A DNA stretch of 33,974 nt from IMG/VR virus record IMGVR_UViG_2711768075_000013, positions 1 to 33,974 of that record; one strand, given 5' to 3'. Shown here piece by piece: positions 17,566 to 26,181 of the stretch. A model generated the notes under the pieces. The model ran no database searches and had not been told where the DNA came from. It saw only the letters and a program-made list of their open reading frames with translations. Position 1 is the first letter of the stretch. Every line of letters starts with the position of its first letter. The stretch is from a virus. Lineage: Duplodnaviria > Heunggongvirae > Uroviricota > Caudoviricetes. The translations under genes and the position numbers were made by a program.

Positions 17566-18728
17566 GATGCCTCCGGGGTGTCCTGCATCACCCAGTCTGT
17601 CAGCGTGCCATCCTCAACCGTCACCACCGACCAGCGGTCGCCTGACTGTAACGCATACCGCCACGCGTTACCGTCCTGCGTGACATGCTCCGCCCGTTCG
17701 ATGGTCTGCTGCATCAGCGCATAGTCGGCGGCGGTCGGGGGCGTGTCTGCTGCGCTGAGGCGCTGCATGACGTCAGCCGTAAGGTTTACCGTCTGCCGTG
17801 CAGCGCCCGTGGCGGCGACCTGTTCCGGTGAACGGATGGCCAGCGGATATCGCTGGCGCGCATCCAGTTCGCTGACGTTCGCCAGTCCTCGGGCAAAATC
17901 CGGCCCGGTCAGCGTGCCGGTGACATACTGGCGGGCGCTGCGGTAATCATATTTTTCCAGTTCCGGCTGCCATGCCACCCGACCGGGATTAAATCCAAAG
18001 CCCGGGTCGGCGGTATACACGGATCCGTCCGGCATTTTCAGCCCCATCGTTCTGATGGTCTGGCCCGGCTGGCCATATTCCTGCTCAACCTCAACCAGCC
18101 GCCCCTCGCTGCTCTGCACCGTCAGGCCATATTTCTCCACATCCGACGCCGAACGCGCCCGGATACGGCAGCGGCATCCGTACCCGTCCGGCGCGTAGAG
18201 ATACTCCCAGACCGGATCATCCGCCCGGGCGGTAAAACCGTTCAGGGCGGCGTGTTTCGGGCGGGTGTGAAGGTCCATCACCGCCACGCGCTCAAAATAA
18301 GGCCGGTCAGCCACGTTCGCCATCTGCTGCTGATAACGTCCGGCGTTGTAGGACGACTGAATGTTGGTATCAAATATCGTGCGCAACCGGCGCGGCGTCA
18401 GCTGTCTGCCGTGCAGTTCGCCGGTGTCCTCGTCCACAATCAGCTTTTTACCCAGCCAGCCTTTTGATTCCAGCAGTGGTTCCAGTTGTGCTGCAAACTC
18501 CCGGAACGTCCCGCCATCAGCCAGTGCCGTCGTCAGGCCATCACGGATATCCTTCAGAACATCCAGTTTCAGCACGCCTGCCACCGTGAACGCCCGGGCA
18601 CTGGCGATGTCCCTCACATCGTGCCAGCGGAAGCCGATAACGTATCCCTTGCTTTCGAAATACCTAATCGCTTCTTCCGGTTTCAGGGTGTACGCATAAC
18701 CCAGGTCAACATCGTCAGCTGTCGGCAT
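17562..18728 (-). CDS. head morphogenesis protein F (Mu gp30-like)
   Basis: 388-aa protein following portal; gene order. Confidence 0.8.
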   Translation of the reverse strand: MPTADDVDLGYAYTLKPEEAIRYFESKGYVIGFRWHDVRDIASARAFTVAGVLKLDVLKDIRDGLTTALADGGTFREFAAQLEPLLESKGWLGKKLIVDEDTGELHGRQLTPRRLRTIFDTNIQSSYNAGRYQQQMANVADRPYFERVAVMDLHTRPKHAALNGFTARADDPVWEYLYAPDGYGCRCRIRARSASDVEKYGLTVQSSEGRLVEVEQEYGQPGQTIRTMGLKMPDGSVYTADPGFGFNPGRVAWQPELEKYDYRSARQYVTGTLTGPDFARGLANVSELDARQRYPLAIRSPEQVAATGAARQTVNLTADVMQRLSAADTPPTAADYALMQQTIERAEHVTQDGNAWRYALQSGDRWSVVTVEDGTLTDWVMQDTPEAS

Positions 18729-20316
18729 TCAGTCTCCCCCAGATATCCGCCACAAAGAACGCCTGTGTCAGCAACTGCCGCAGCGTGTCATCCGGCAGTT
18801 CCGGCCAGGCTTCCGCCAGTACGTTCATGGCCTCATCTGCATCACGACCTTCCTGTATGGCCTGCACCAGAGGTGCCACCAGTTCGTTCATCCCCTGCGC
18901 AATGGCCTCTGCCGGAAGTTCTGCCCGGTCAATGGCGCGCTGTGCCGGGTCGTCCTCCCCGTTGTCCTGCTGACTGAGCACGGCAATATTCAGCCGTTCA
19001 CGCAGCTGGCTGAGACCAGCCTGCACAGGGAGACGCTGAGCTACCGGCACCAGTACCTCTTCGCCGTCTTTCGGGGTGGGAATACCGGTTTTTTGGCGTA
19101 CCCACGACACCGGGATATCCTTCATCCCCACATTGTTAACCAGCACGCTGACGGCTTCTGCCACACTCTTAATGTCGGCTTCCTGCTGCACATCAAACAC
19201 CAGACGTGGCAGGCGACGCGGTGGGATATCCTGCCAGCCGTTGAGACTGGCCATCATCTGTATCAGACTACTGAACATGCCGGACAGCTGGCGAGCATCG
19301 GCGGTCAGAATGTCGTGCCGGACCTCGTTATGCACATTACCCAGCGCGTTGGTGGAGGATTTGCCGTCGGCCTGACTGGTCAGTGTACTGCCCAGGATCA
19401 CTTTTGAGGTGGTACGCTCCGCCCATTCCACCATCGACATGAACGCCTCCGGCCCGCCGGAGGCGGCCTCCTTGAATTCAATCTCGTTACCCTGAGGGAG
19501 TGCTGCCACCGCTTCATGGCCCAGATTGACCAGGGCTTCGAGAATGTTGTCCCGGTCAGCATCACTGGTGCCCTGTGCATAGTAGGCAATGCGCGCCGGA
19601 AGACCGTAAATCTCCAGAAATTCCGCCATATCACGCAGCGCAAAGTTTTTAAACAGATACGGCCAGACCAGTACGCGGAACAGGCCGGATGAACCCAGGA
19701 ACCCCGACCGGGCGTTGTAACGATGAACCAGCCAGCCGAACGGCCACAGCGCGGAACCGACTTTACCATCTTCCCCACAGTTGCCGTCATCCAGCCGGAG
19801 TTCGTCATTGTGTTCCGGCAGGGTAATAAACCAGTTATGCGGTCGCAGCGTTACCGCATCCGGTAGCCACGTTTTGTCCACGAACGCCCAGCTGATTTCC
19901 TGACAGCTGAAACCGTAACCGACACTGCTCATCCCGTTGAGGATGATGTCCTCCATATCCGGGATACCGTGCAGCCACTCATCCACGGCGGCGGCCAGCT
20001 CCTTTTCAGCCTTCGAGGCATTGCGGGGTGGCTCCACCGACCAGTCCAGCGTCAGCAACGCTTTTTTGCGCTTTTCCATCTCGGCGAACAGATGGCCGTC
20101 ACGTTCTTCCATATCCGCAAACAGCATCGCCTGCGCCGGAAGATAACCGCGTTCGGCTGCTTCCAGAATGCGCGGCAGTTTTCTGATGTTCAGACCACGC
20201 GACGGGTGGTCGGGATAAATGCGCAGCCGTTCCGCCACCCGGACCGACTGCGTGGTTTTGAGTGCCTCACGTTTCAGCGGGCGTCCGTAAATATCAACAA
20301 GCTGTGCCATTACCAT
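18715..20316 (-). CDS. portal protein (Mu gp29-like)
   Basis: 533-aa ORF between large terminase and the F-like gene, overlapping both. Confidence 0.8.
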   Translation of the reverse strand: MVMAQLVDIYGRPLKREALKTTQSVRVAERLRIYPDHPSRGLNIRKLPRILEAAERGYLPAQAMLFADMEERDGHLFAEMEKRKKALLTLDWSVEPPRNASKAEKELAAAVDEWLHGIPDMEDIILNGMSSVGYGFSCQEISWAFVDKTWLPDAVTLRPHNWFITLPEHNDELRLDDGNCGEDGKVGSALWPFGWLVHRYNARSGFLGSSGLFRVLVWPYLFKNFALRDMAEFLEIYGLPARIAYYAQGTSDADRDNILEALVNLGHEAVAALPQGNEIEFKEAASGGPEAFMSMVEWAERTTSKVILGSTLTSQADGKSSTNALGNVHNEVRHDILTADARQLSGMFSSLIQMMASLNGWQDIPPRRLPRLVFDVQQEADIKSVAEAVSVLVNNVGMKDIPVSWVRQKTGIPTPKDGEEVLVPVAQRLPVQAGLSQLRERLNIAVLSQQDNGEDDPAQRAIDRAELPAEAIAQGMNELVAPLVQAIQEGRDADEAMNVLAEAWPELPDDTLRQLLTQAFFVADIWGRLNADS

Positions 20317-22007
20317 CCTCCTGAACCAAAACGCCCGCCACGGTCACGCCCGGTGCTGCGTGGGGTGTGTATCTGAAATTTTGCGCTGCGCGATACCGCC
20401 AGCGTCCACAGCATGTGCAGACAGTCCGGGCCATCATCGTGGTCGGCTTTGGGGTAGTGGCGCAGCTGGTCAATCAGCGTCTGATGTGTGTGGCTGATAC
20501 GAATCAGGCCGTTGGCCATATGCGGCTGAAGGGATTCGATACGCAGCGCTTTATCCTCCAGCGGGATGACCGGCAGCGCCGGAACCGGCACACCCAGCGC
20601 CGCCGAACGCTCAACCAGCACGGTACGCAGAAACTCCTGAAACTGAACGGACTCAAACGACCAGCACAGGCAGTGATATTCCCGCTGATACTTAATCACA
20701 TCTTCGATAAGTTTATCTGGCAGACGCCGGCGGATATCGGCTTCAACCACATCCAGTATGCCGGTAAAACGGTTAAAGCCCCCCACGAGAATGGCCGACG
20801 GGTCGCGGTTTTTATTCTTCTTCCCGAGGCTGGGGTCAACAGCGCCGTAGAACACCCATTCATCAAGACGGTTAACCCAGAACTTAATGCAGCCCGCAAA
20901 CAGCGCATCTTCACCGCTGACCGGGTCGTTCTGGTATTCAGAATCAAAGGTGTCGTGACCGTCACGGACACGGATTTTCATCAGCGCCAGCAGGGGACGC
21001 GCCGCCCATGACACCACCGACCCGGCGAGCATGTCGGCTTCGTTCTGCCGGTAAAGTGCCTCCGCTGCTTCCGGCTGTTTGTTGCGGATGAGTTCTTCCC
21101 ACTCGTCCCACAGCTTCATGTTGGCAGGCCACTGAATAACGGCCTTAAAGCGGGCCGTTTTCCACATCGGATTATTCAGCGTGCGCGACAGTACGGAGTC
21201 GTAATGCAGGATGGTTCCGATATAAATAATATCGGTTTTACCGCCAGCCTCGCCCAGCGGCATCACGGTTTTGGTGAGCCAGTCATGCAGCTTGTCGCGC
21301 TGCTCCGGGTTACGCACCATCTCGTCGTTCTCGATATCGTCGAGGATAACCAGGTCAGGACGGTACGGGCCGTGGCGCAGACCACGCAGTTTTTTACCAC
21401 TACCGGCAACGGTCACCTTGATATTGTTGGCCGTGACGATGGTCCCCATACGCCAGACGCGACCCTGCCCGCACACTTCCGGGAAATCGTTTTTTAAACG
21501 GGGGTTAAACTCCAGTTCAGCCTTGATGGCTTCCAGCATCGGATAAGCCTGGTCGATACTGTCCATAATGATGACCGGGTAATGCTTAATGGCCCGGATA
21601 ATGGTCCACAGGGTAAACAGCTGAGTCACCAGCGTGGATTTTGCTTCACCACGGGGCGCGGCGATGGCGTCGTTCTCCGGGTCCGGGCTTGCCACAACCT
21701 GTGGCAGACGGCTGAACAGGTATTTATGCAGCTCACTTTTTGCCGGGTTGCGGACGTAGTGCGGGAAATAATTTTCGACAAAATAATCGTAGCCCGTCAC
21801 CGGGTCGCAGACTGCCGCCCGGCGGGCCTGTGTGGCCTGCGGGTTAACATCGAACCCCAGACATTCAGCCTCGATGGTCTGGCGGAGGTTGGCGATGTAC
21901 TCCTGCAGGCTTCTCTGAAACTCTTTAATGGAAAGTTTACGTTTTGCCACGTCACACCTGCACTGCTTCTGTCTGGGCTTTTTCGATACGTGCGCAGGCG
22001 ATATCAA
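20310..22007 (-). CDS. terminase large subunit (Mu gp28-like); start uncertain, TTG at 22007
   Basis: 565-aa ORF at the expected position upstream of portal; overlaps the methyltransferase 3' end by about 56 nt. Confidence 0.8.
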   Translation of the reverse strand: MISPAHVSKKPRQKQCRCDVAKRKLSIKEFQRSLQEYIANLRQTIEAECLGFDVNPQATQARRAAVCDPVTGYDYFVENYFPHYVRNPAKSELHKYLFSRLPQVVASPDPENDAIAAPRGEAKSTLVTQLFTLWTIIRAIKHYPVIIMDSIDQAYPMLEAIKAELEFNPRLKNDFPEVCGQGRVWRMGTIVTANNIKVTVAGSGKKLRGLRHGPYRPDLVILDDIENDEMVRNPEQRDKLHDWLTKTVMPLGEAGGKTDIIYIGTILHYDSVLSRTLNNPMWKTARFKAVIQWPANMKLWDEWEELIRNKQPEAAEALYRQNEADMLAGSVVSWAARPLLALMKIRVRDGHDTFDSEYQNDPVSGEDALFAGCIKFWVNRLDEWVFYGAVDPSLGKKNKNRDPSAILVGGFNRFTGILDVVEADIRRRLPDKLIEDVIKYQREYHCLCWSFESVQFQEFLRTVLVERSAALGVPVPALPVIPLEDKALRIESLQPHMANGLIRISHTHQTLIDQLRHYPKADHDDGPDCLHMLWTLAVSRSAKFQIHTPRSTGRDRGGRFGSGGW

Positions 22008-22692
22008 AATACTGGTTAGTCATTTCAATGCCGGTAAACCGTCCGCCACGGGCAAGTACAGGGATGGCGGTAGTGCCGCTTCCCATAAACGGATCAAGGA
22101 CGTGCGCATCCGGTGTCAGCGGTTTAACCAGCTCAGCCATCAGCTGAACCGGCTTTGCGGTCATGTGCAGTTTTTCGGACGGGACGACACGCTGCGTAAT
22201 CACACCCGGGAACGGGCCACCGTGCGGGCATTTGTCGAGTTTTCCGTTGCTGCCCCAGACCACATACTCGGCCTGATGCCGAAAATAGCCAGTGTGTGGC
22301 GCACGGGAAGCCTGCGTTTTATCCCAGACAACCAGACCACGCCACAGCACACCACCGGCCTGAAATGCATCTGTAAGCGCCGGTAGTTGTCGCCAGTCAC
22401 TGAACACCATGAAATAACCGCCGGAATTCAGCCTGTGCAATGCATGAGATATCCACATGGAACACCAGAACGCCCAGCTGCGCTGGTCGCGGTTATCGCC
22501 GGTGAACTCGGCATACTGGGTGTGACCGATATACTTGTCCGAAGGGGCCATGCTGCGGTCTGATTTGTGTGTACCACCACTGCTGTAAGGCGGGTCGGTA
22601 ATGACGGCATCAAAACGTTCGGATAACGCCGGCAGCACATCAAGAACATCACCGCAATACAACGTTGCGTTACCAATAATCTGTTTTTGCAT
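21952..22692 (-). CDS. DNA methyltransferase, beta-class N6-adenine or N4-cytosine (orphan)
   Basis: Motif IV DPPY (AVITDPPYSSGG) precedes motif I FxGxG (DPFMGSGTTAI); no adjacent restriction enzyme; inserted between the small and large terminase genes. Confidence 0.8.
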   Translation of the reverse strand: MQKQIIGNATLYCGDVLDVLPALSERFDAVITDPPYSSGGTHKSDRSMAPSDKYIGHTQYAEFTGDNRDQRSWAFWCSMWISHALHRLNSGGYFMVFSDWRQLPALTDAFQAGGVLWRGLVVWDKTQASRAPHTGYFRHQAEYVVWGSNGKLDKCPHGGPFPGVITQRVVPSEKLHMTAKPVQLMAELVKPLTPDAHVLDPFMGSGTTAIPVLARGGRFTGIEMTNQYFDIACARIEKAQTEAVQV

Positions 22693-22738
22693 TACAAATC
22701 CCGAATATCAGACGACCCGGAAAACCGGGCCGCTGTGG

Positions 22739-23239
22739 TTAACTGAAATTATCCTCAAGCTCTTTAGCGAAGCCTTCGAGCACCTCAAGAAACGGGGCAT
22801 ACTGCGTCGGGTGACGCTCCTTGATGAACGCGCCGAGCCGCTGCACCACTTCCAGTGCCGTGGCGAGCCGGTCGGTTTCCGGCAGGATTTTTTTACTGCT
22901 GGCCACCGCCTTACTGAGACTGTCGGACAGACTCGCCAGCAGTTCGACGGACTCCTGCGGCGGGATGTCCGGGTTCTGGTTCAGCCGTTCAAGCGTCGTC
23001 TGACACTTCACCACCAGACTGATAAGCACGGTGCGGGCGACACTTTCCAGCCCGTCACCGGCGAGCGCGTGCGCGGCCCGCAGCTTGTCCCAGTCGTCGC
23101 CGTTCTTCATCGCCTGCGTTTTCCAGCGCCGCGCGGTGTCGTGCGGCACGGCGTACTTCATGGCGACGATATCCAGCGGAAGCTGGTCAAAGATGTACCC
23201 GTTACGGACTTTGTCCCTGATATCCTGTGACCACGCCAT
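22739..23239 (-). CDS. terminase small subunit-like DNA-binding protein (Mu gp27 position)
   Basis: 166-aa alpha-helical protein directly upstream of the large-terminase region. Confidence 0.5.
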   Translation of the reverse strand: MAWSQDIRDKVRNGYIFDQLPLDIVAMKYAVPHDTARRWKTQAMKNGDDWDKLRAAHALAGDGLESVARTVLISLVVKCQTTLERLNQNPDIPPQESVELLASLSDSLSKAVASSKKILPETDRLATALEVVQRLGAFIKERHPTQYAPFLEVLEGFAKELEDNFS

Positions 23240-23445
23240 TAAGTGTCCTTCTGAGCCTGTTCAATCCTGCGCTGAACTTCGTCGGGATTTTCAAGAACAA
23301 ATACGTTTTTCCCGGTATCCAGTTCAATGACCGTGCCATCATGTGTACCGTACTGACGGTAAAAATGGGTGATTCGTTCAGCGAGCACCATGACAGCGCC
23401 AGCACCTCCTGAACCTGTGTATTCTGTAAATCTGATAATGCTCAC
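23239..23445 (-). CDS. hypothetical protein, 68 aa (Mu gp26 position)
   Basis: Stop overlaps the start of the small terminase-like gene. Confidence 0.4.
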   Translation of the reverse strand: MSIIRFTEYTGSGGAGAVMVLAERITHFYRQYGTHDGTVIELDTGKNVFVLENPDEVQRRIEQAQKDT

Positions 23446-23465
23446 TGTGTCAGACCTTCAAAAAA

Positions 23466-23648
23466 TCAGTTCTGCGAACACTGCCGGATACCGTCAATAA
23501 TCCGGCAGACCTGCGCCGCCGCGTCAAACAGCTGGCCCGCTCTGTTAATGTCTGAGCATCCCACCGGAAGCAACATCATCAGAAACAGGGCCAGAACACA
23601 GCGCGCGGCTTTACGTGGCGTTCTGTGGGGCCAGCGACTTCTGTTCAT
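23466..23648 (-). CDS. small lipoprotein (o-spanin-like lysis accessory candidate)
   Basis: Hydrophobic segment then LLPVGC lipobox-like motif, about 30-aa mature part; position right after the endolysin. Confidence 0.4.
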   Translation of the reverse strand: MNRSRWPHRTPRKAARCVLALFLMMLLPVGCSDINRAGQLFDAAAQVCRIIDGIRQCSQN

Positions 23649-23661
23649 AACCCGTCCCGCA

Positions 23662-24039
23662 TCAGCGTTTTAACTGGAAATGAGGCCCGTCTTTCAGCGT
23701 TTTCCAGTCTCCGCCCCATTCGATGGCGACACCCAGCTCTGCGGCAGCCTGTTTAAAGGCACGGGCGATTTTTTCGTATAACGGCCAGTCCCATGAAATA
23801 GTGCTACCAACGTAAGCCACGACATCAACGGCATCGCCAGTAAGGTGACGGCTGTTCATGGTCTGGCTCTTGCCTTCAGCGACAAGTTGTTTCTGACGTT
23901 CTTTCGTGCGTAAACCTTCGGTAATACCAAAATCGACGTCCGACAACGCCAGCGCACGGCGTACAACTGCCACCAGTTGTGGCTTTACGTCAGCCAGATT
24001 TTTCTCGCTACGTTGACTGAAACGGAATTTTCCCGACAT
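23662..24039 (-). CDS. endolysin, peptidase M15 family (L-alanyl-D-glutamate endopeptidase-like), about 126 aa
   Basis: Start MSGKFRF with GGAGGTG RBS; residues H..D..H consistent with a zinc peptidase; ORF-track 206-aa form is an upstream extension. Confidence 0.7.
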   Translation of the reverse strand: MSGKFRFSQRSEKNLADVKPQLVAVVRRALALSDVDFGITEGLRTKERQKQLVAEGKSQTMNSRHLTGDAVDVVAYVGSTISWDWPLYEKIARAFKQAAAELGVAIEWGGDWKTLKDGPHFQLKR

Positions 24040-24041
24040 AT

Positions 24042-24326
24042 TCACCTCCGCAATAACGAAAGGATTTTTGACAAATTCCCGTGCGCCCACACGATAAGCG
24101 CACAGAAAACCAGATTCAGCGCCACAACCAGCCAGCTGGATTGCGTGTATGTACCGGACAGCCAGCGGAACGGGATGATGACGTAGCCGAGCATCAGCCA
24201 GTACGCCAGCCAGGTAATCATCGGTTTGTGCGCCGCACCGTGGCGGCGATACACAAACAACCCCAGAACAATGGTGAGACACAGCCAGACGTTCACGATA
24301 CCGGCAAGGCTACTTTCCATTTCCAC
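24042..24326 (-). CDS. small membrane protein (holin/antiholin candidate), 94 aa
   Basis: Three predicted transmembrane segments; immediately upstream of, and overlapping, the endolysin start. Confidence 0.45.
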   Translation of the reverse strand: MEMESSLAGIVNVWLCLTIVLGLFVYRRHGAAHKPMITWLAYWLMLGYVIIPFRWLSGTYTQSSWLVVALNLVFCALIVWAHGNLSKILSLLRR

Positions 24327-24702
24327 CCCCTCCGCCGCGCAGTCTGGAAAACAGGCCGAACAGCGATGAAATTTCCTGTTGATAAAGAAAGGTCAGTATC
24401 TTGATGGATAACGCCGAGACACCGACCGCACACAATGCATCGAGCGGCTTGTCGTTGTAGTGGGTCAGCCACTGCATCAGTGACGCAGCCACGCCAGCCC
24501 CCAGAACGCCAACCACAAATGCGACGAGCAGGTGGATGGCCATTCGCCAGACCGGGATTTCTTTCTGCTGCGTGACAACAAAAAGCGCCCCGGCAAACGC
24601 GCCCACCACGACCCCGAAATCGGTATTGGTGAGAAGACCAAACACACTGGCACCACCGATGGTGACTGCCACAGCTCCGCCGCCTGATAAGGGTTCAGAC
24701 AT
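24310..24702 (-). CDS. multi-pass membrane protein, holin-like
   Basis: Several hydrophobic Gly/Ala/Val-rich segments; ATG at 24702 with AGGAGA RBS; first gene of the lysis cassette. Confidence 0.45.
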   Translation of the reverse strand: MSEPLSGGGAVAVTIGGASVFGLLTNTDFGVVVGAFAGALFVVTQQKEIPVWRMAIHLLVAFVVGVLGAGVAASLMQWLTHYNDKPLDALCAVGVSALSIKILTFLYQQEISSLFGLFSRLRGGGGGNGK

Positions 24703-24837
24703 GAGTTTCTCCTGTAAATCTGAGCCACTGACGGCCCGTAAATAACACCCTGTCAAAGGCACAGAAGCCTTTTGCAGGGCGCTATCCCTTAAGGTGCCTT
24801 GTGGTCTGAGTGGACAGGGTAAACGGTCTGGTGTGGT

Positions 24838-24868
24838 GGGTACTGCTGGGGGTGTTCAGCACCCCCGG
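24838..24868 (-). promoter_or_regulatory. conserved hairpin-like motif upstream of the lysis cassette (late-promoter activator site candidate)
   Basis: Minus-sense CCGGGGGTGCTGAACACCCCCAGCAGTACCC: 7-bp inverted arms GGGGGTG / CACCCCC around CTGAA. Confidence 0.35.
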
Positions 24869-24889
24869 CAGGTTGATTATCTGGATGGG

Positions 24890-25177
24890 TTAAAGGGAAG
24901 CGAGTTTTAATGGTGGCTTATAACATGCCCGCGCCAGCAGGTTAGCTCTTTCCACGGCATTACGCATTTCCCGTTCTGCGTCAATCATTCTGTTTACGGC
25001 TGACAGCACTTCATCATGATTCGTTACTGATTCCGGGCTTTGGGCCTGTTTCGCCAGGTAACTGGATAAATTGCACATTTCAGCATGTCGGCGACGGGCT
25101 GCATCCCGGGCCTTGTCTGAAAATGCGGTATATTCACCGAGTACTGCATAGTCGATATCGGTGTCAGAACGCATCAT
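24890..25177 (-). CDS. hypothetical protein, 95 aa
   Basis: AAGGAGA RBS upstream of ATG; lies between the activator gene and the lysis-operon motif. Confidence 0.4.
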   Translation of the reverse strand: MMRSDTDIDYAVLGEYTAFSDKARDAARRRHAEMCNLSSYLAKQAQSPESVTNHDEVLSAVNRMIDAEREMRNAVERANLLARACYKPPLKLASL

Positions 25178-25204
25178 TTCGTGTCTCCTTTTTTCTGAGG
25201 CCCA

Positions 25205-25672
25205 TTAATCAAAAAGCCCCACCTGGGTGGGGCTTTTCAGCGAAGTCTGTTTTTGTCGTCGGTGTATCAGCTGCCATGCGTACCGGTCTGAAATCCCGTA
25301 GCGGGGACAGAGCAGTGCCAGCGCCTGCCGGTGTGAGCATCCGTCTTTTACATGCTGCTGTAAATCAGCCATAAAACGGGTGTTACGCAGGGCACGTAAC
25401 GCATGATCACAACGGGGAATGTAAAACGGTGCACCGCCAAGAAAGCGGATCAGTTTGTTGATTTCGTCTTCGGTCAGCACATCATGTAACAGGGCATGGA
25501 CACCGCCGGTGCGTCCGGCGTGTGCGCCGGTTTTACCGCTTAACGTCACGCCACCAAAAGAACGGATTAACCGGGTCAGGGCGGGGAAGCCAATCACGCT
25601 AATCAGTTGCTGTACGGAATCGGGCAGCAGTGCCTGCGCATCGCGAAGATCTGTTTCACTGAAGGTCTGCAT
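25205..25672 (-). CDS. Mor/C-family transcriptional activator (middle or late activator)
   Basis: Motifs FGG...YIP and C-terminal HTH YGISDRYAWQLI typical of Mor/C; sits just upstream of the lysis cassette with its own promoter and terminators. Confidence 0.7.
   Translation of the reverse strand: MQTFSETDLRDAQALLPDSVQQLISVIGFPALTRLIRSFGGVTLSGKTGAHAGRTGGVHALLHDVLTEDEINKLIRFLGGAPFYIPRCDHALRALRNTRFMADLQQHVKDGCSHRQALALLCPRYGISDRYAWQLIHRRQKQTSLKSPTQVGLFD
25210..25234 (-). terminator. hairpin plus T-tract overlapping the 3' end of the Mor/C-family gene
   Basis: Minus strand AGCCCCACC-ca-GGTGGGGCT followed by TTTTT, ending a few nt before the stop codon. Confidence 0.4.
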
Positions 25673-25694
25673 GATGGCGTCTCCGGTAGTAACT

Positions 25695-25731
25695 TACTGT
25701 TATTATAGCCATACATGATCGCCTGTACAGA
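25695..25731 (-). promoter_or_regulatory. candidate promoter of the Mor/C-family activator gene
   Basis: Consensus TATAAT (plus 25702-25707) about 25 nt upstream of the GGAGA RBS; -35 region is poor (CTGTAC), as expected for an activator-dependent promoter. Confidence 0.4.
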
Positions 25732-25734
25732 CCA

Positions 25735-25762
25735 CAAAAAAGCCCCTGCAAGGCAGGGGCTG
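25735..25762 (-). terminator. rho-independent terminator after the GemA-like gene
   Basis: Minus strand AGCCCCTGC-cttg-CAGGGGCT followed by TTTTTT. Confidence 0.55.
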
Positions 25763-25767
25763 ATTCT

Positions 25768-26181
25768 TTATTGTTTACGTGCTGCTCTGGCTCGTTTTCT
25801 GGCGTCTTTTGTCAGCGCCACCATCACCCCGAACAGCTGATCATCTGTCAGCCATTCGATCACATGTTGCTTATACATGTGAGATGCCAGTCCTTCCGCA
25901 TACGCCCAGGAACGACCGGCATCAGCCAGCAACGCCTCAATTTTGGATAATACCGATTTTCTGCTCATTGCAACACGGGGGCGGCGACCTTTACCGGCGG
26001 GCGCTTTGCGCGGAAATCCCTGTTCGTGCATGTATTCCCGGATGATGCGCAGTTCATCGAGATTGCAGCGTGTGGTGCTGGTTTTACCGGTCAGGCGGGC
26101 CAGCGTCTGACGATAAAGGGCATCATCCCACCCCAGATACGCCTGACCGGCTTTAATGGCTCCGATCATCTTTTTCAGCAT
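25768..26181 (-). CDS. gemA: GemA-like protein (Mu gp16 family)
   Basis: Motif IGAIKAGQAYLGWDDALYRQTLARLTGKTS resembles the GemA family; ATG at 26181 with GAGGA RBS; terminator directly downstream. Confidence 0.55.
   Translation of the reverse strand: MLKKMIGAIKAGQAYLGWDDALYRQTLARLTGKTSTTRCNLDELRIIREYMHEQGFPRKAPAGKGRRPRVAMSRKSVLSKIEALLADAGRSWAYAEGLASHMYKQHVIEWLTDDQLFGVMVALTKDARKRARAARKQ

Noticed and set aside
22716-22729. GC hairpin CCCGG-aaaa-CCGGG just upstream of the methyltransferase start
   Set aside because: No U-tract follows on the transcribed strand, so it is not an intrinsic terminator; it may only influence translation initiation. Kept as a note, not a feature.
23662-24282. 206-aa ORF-track version of the endolysin, and similar N-terminal extensions (Tfa 1113-1667, holin 24310-24762, GemA-like 25768-26280, 30127-30444)
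   Set aside because: The extensions overlap upstream genes and lack ribosome binding sites, while internal ATGs with good Shine-Dalgarno sequences give the expected protein lengths.
24751-24756. Perfect -35-like hexamer TTGACA (minus sense) upstream of the holin-like gene
   Set aside because: No acceptable -10 hexamer at 16-18 bp spacing; most likely chance.
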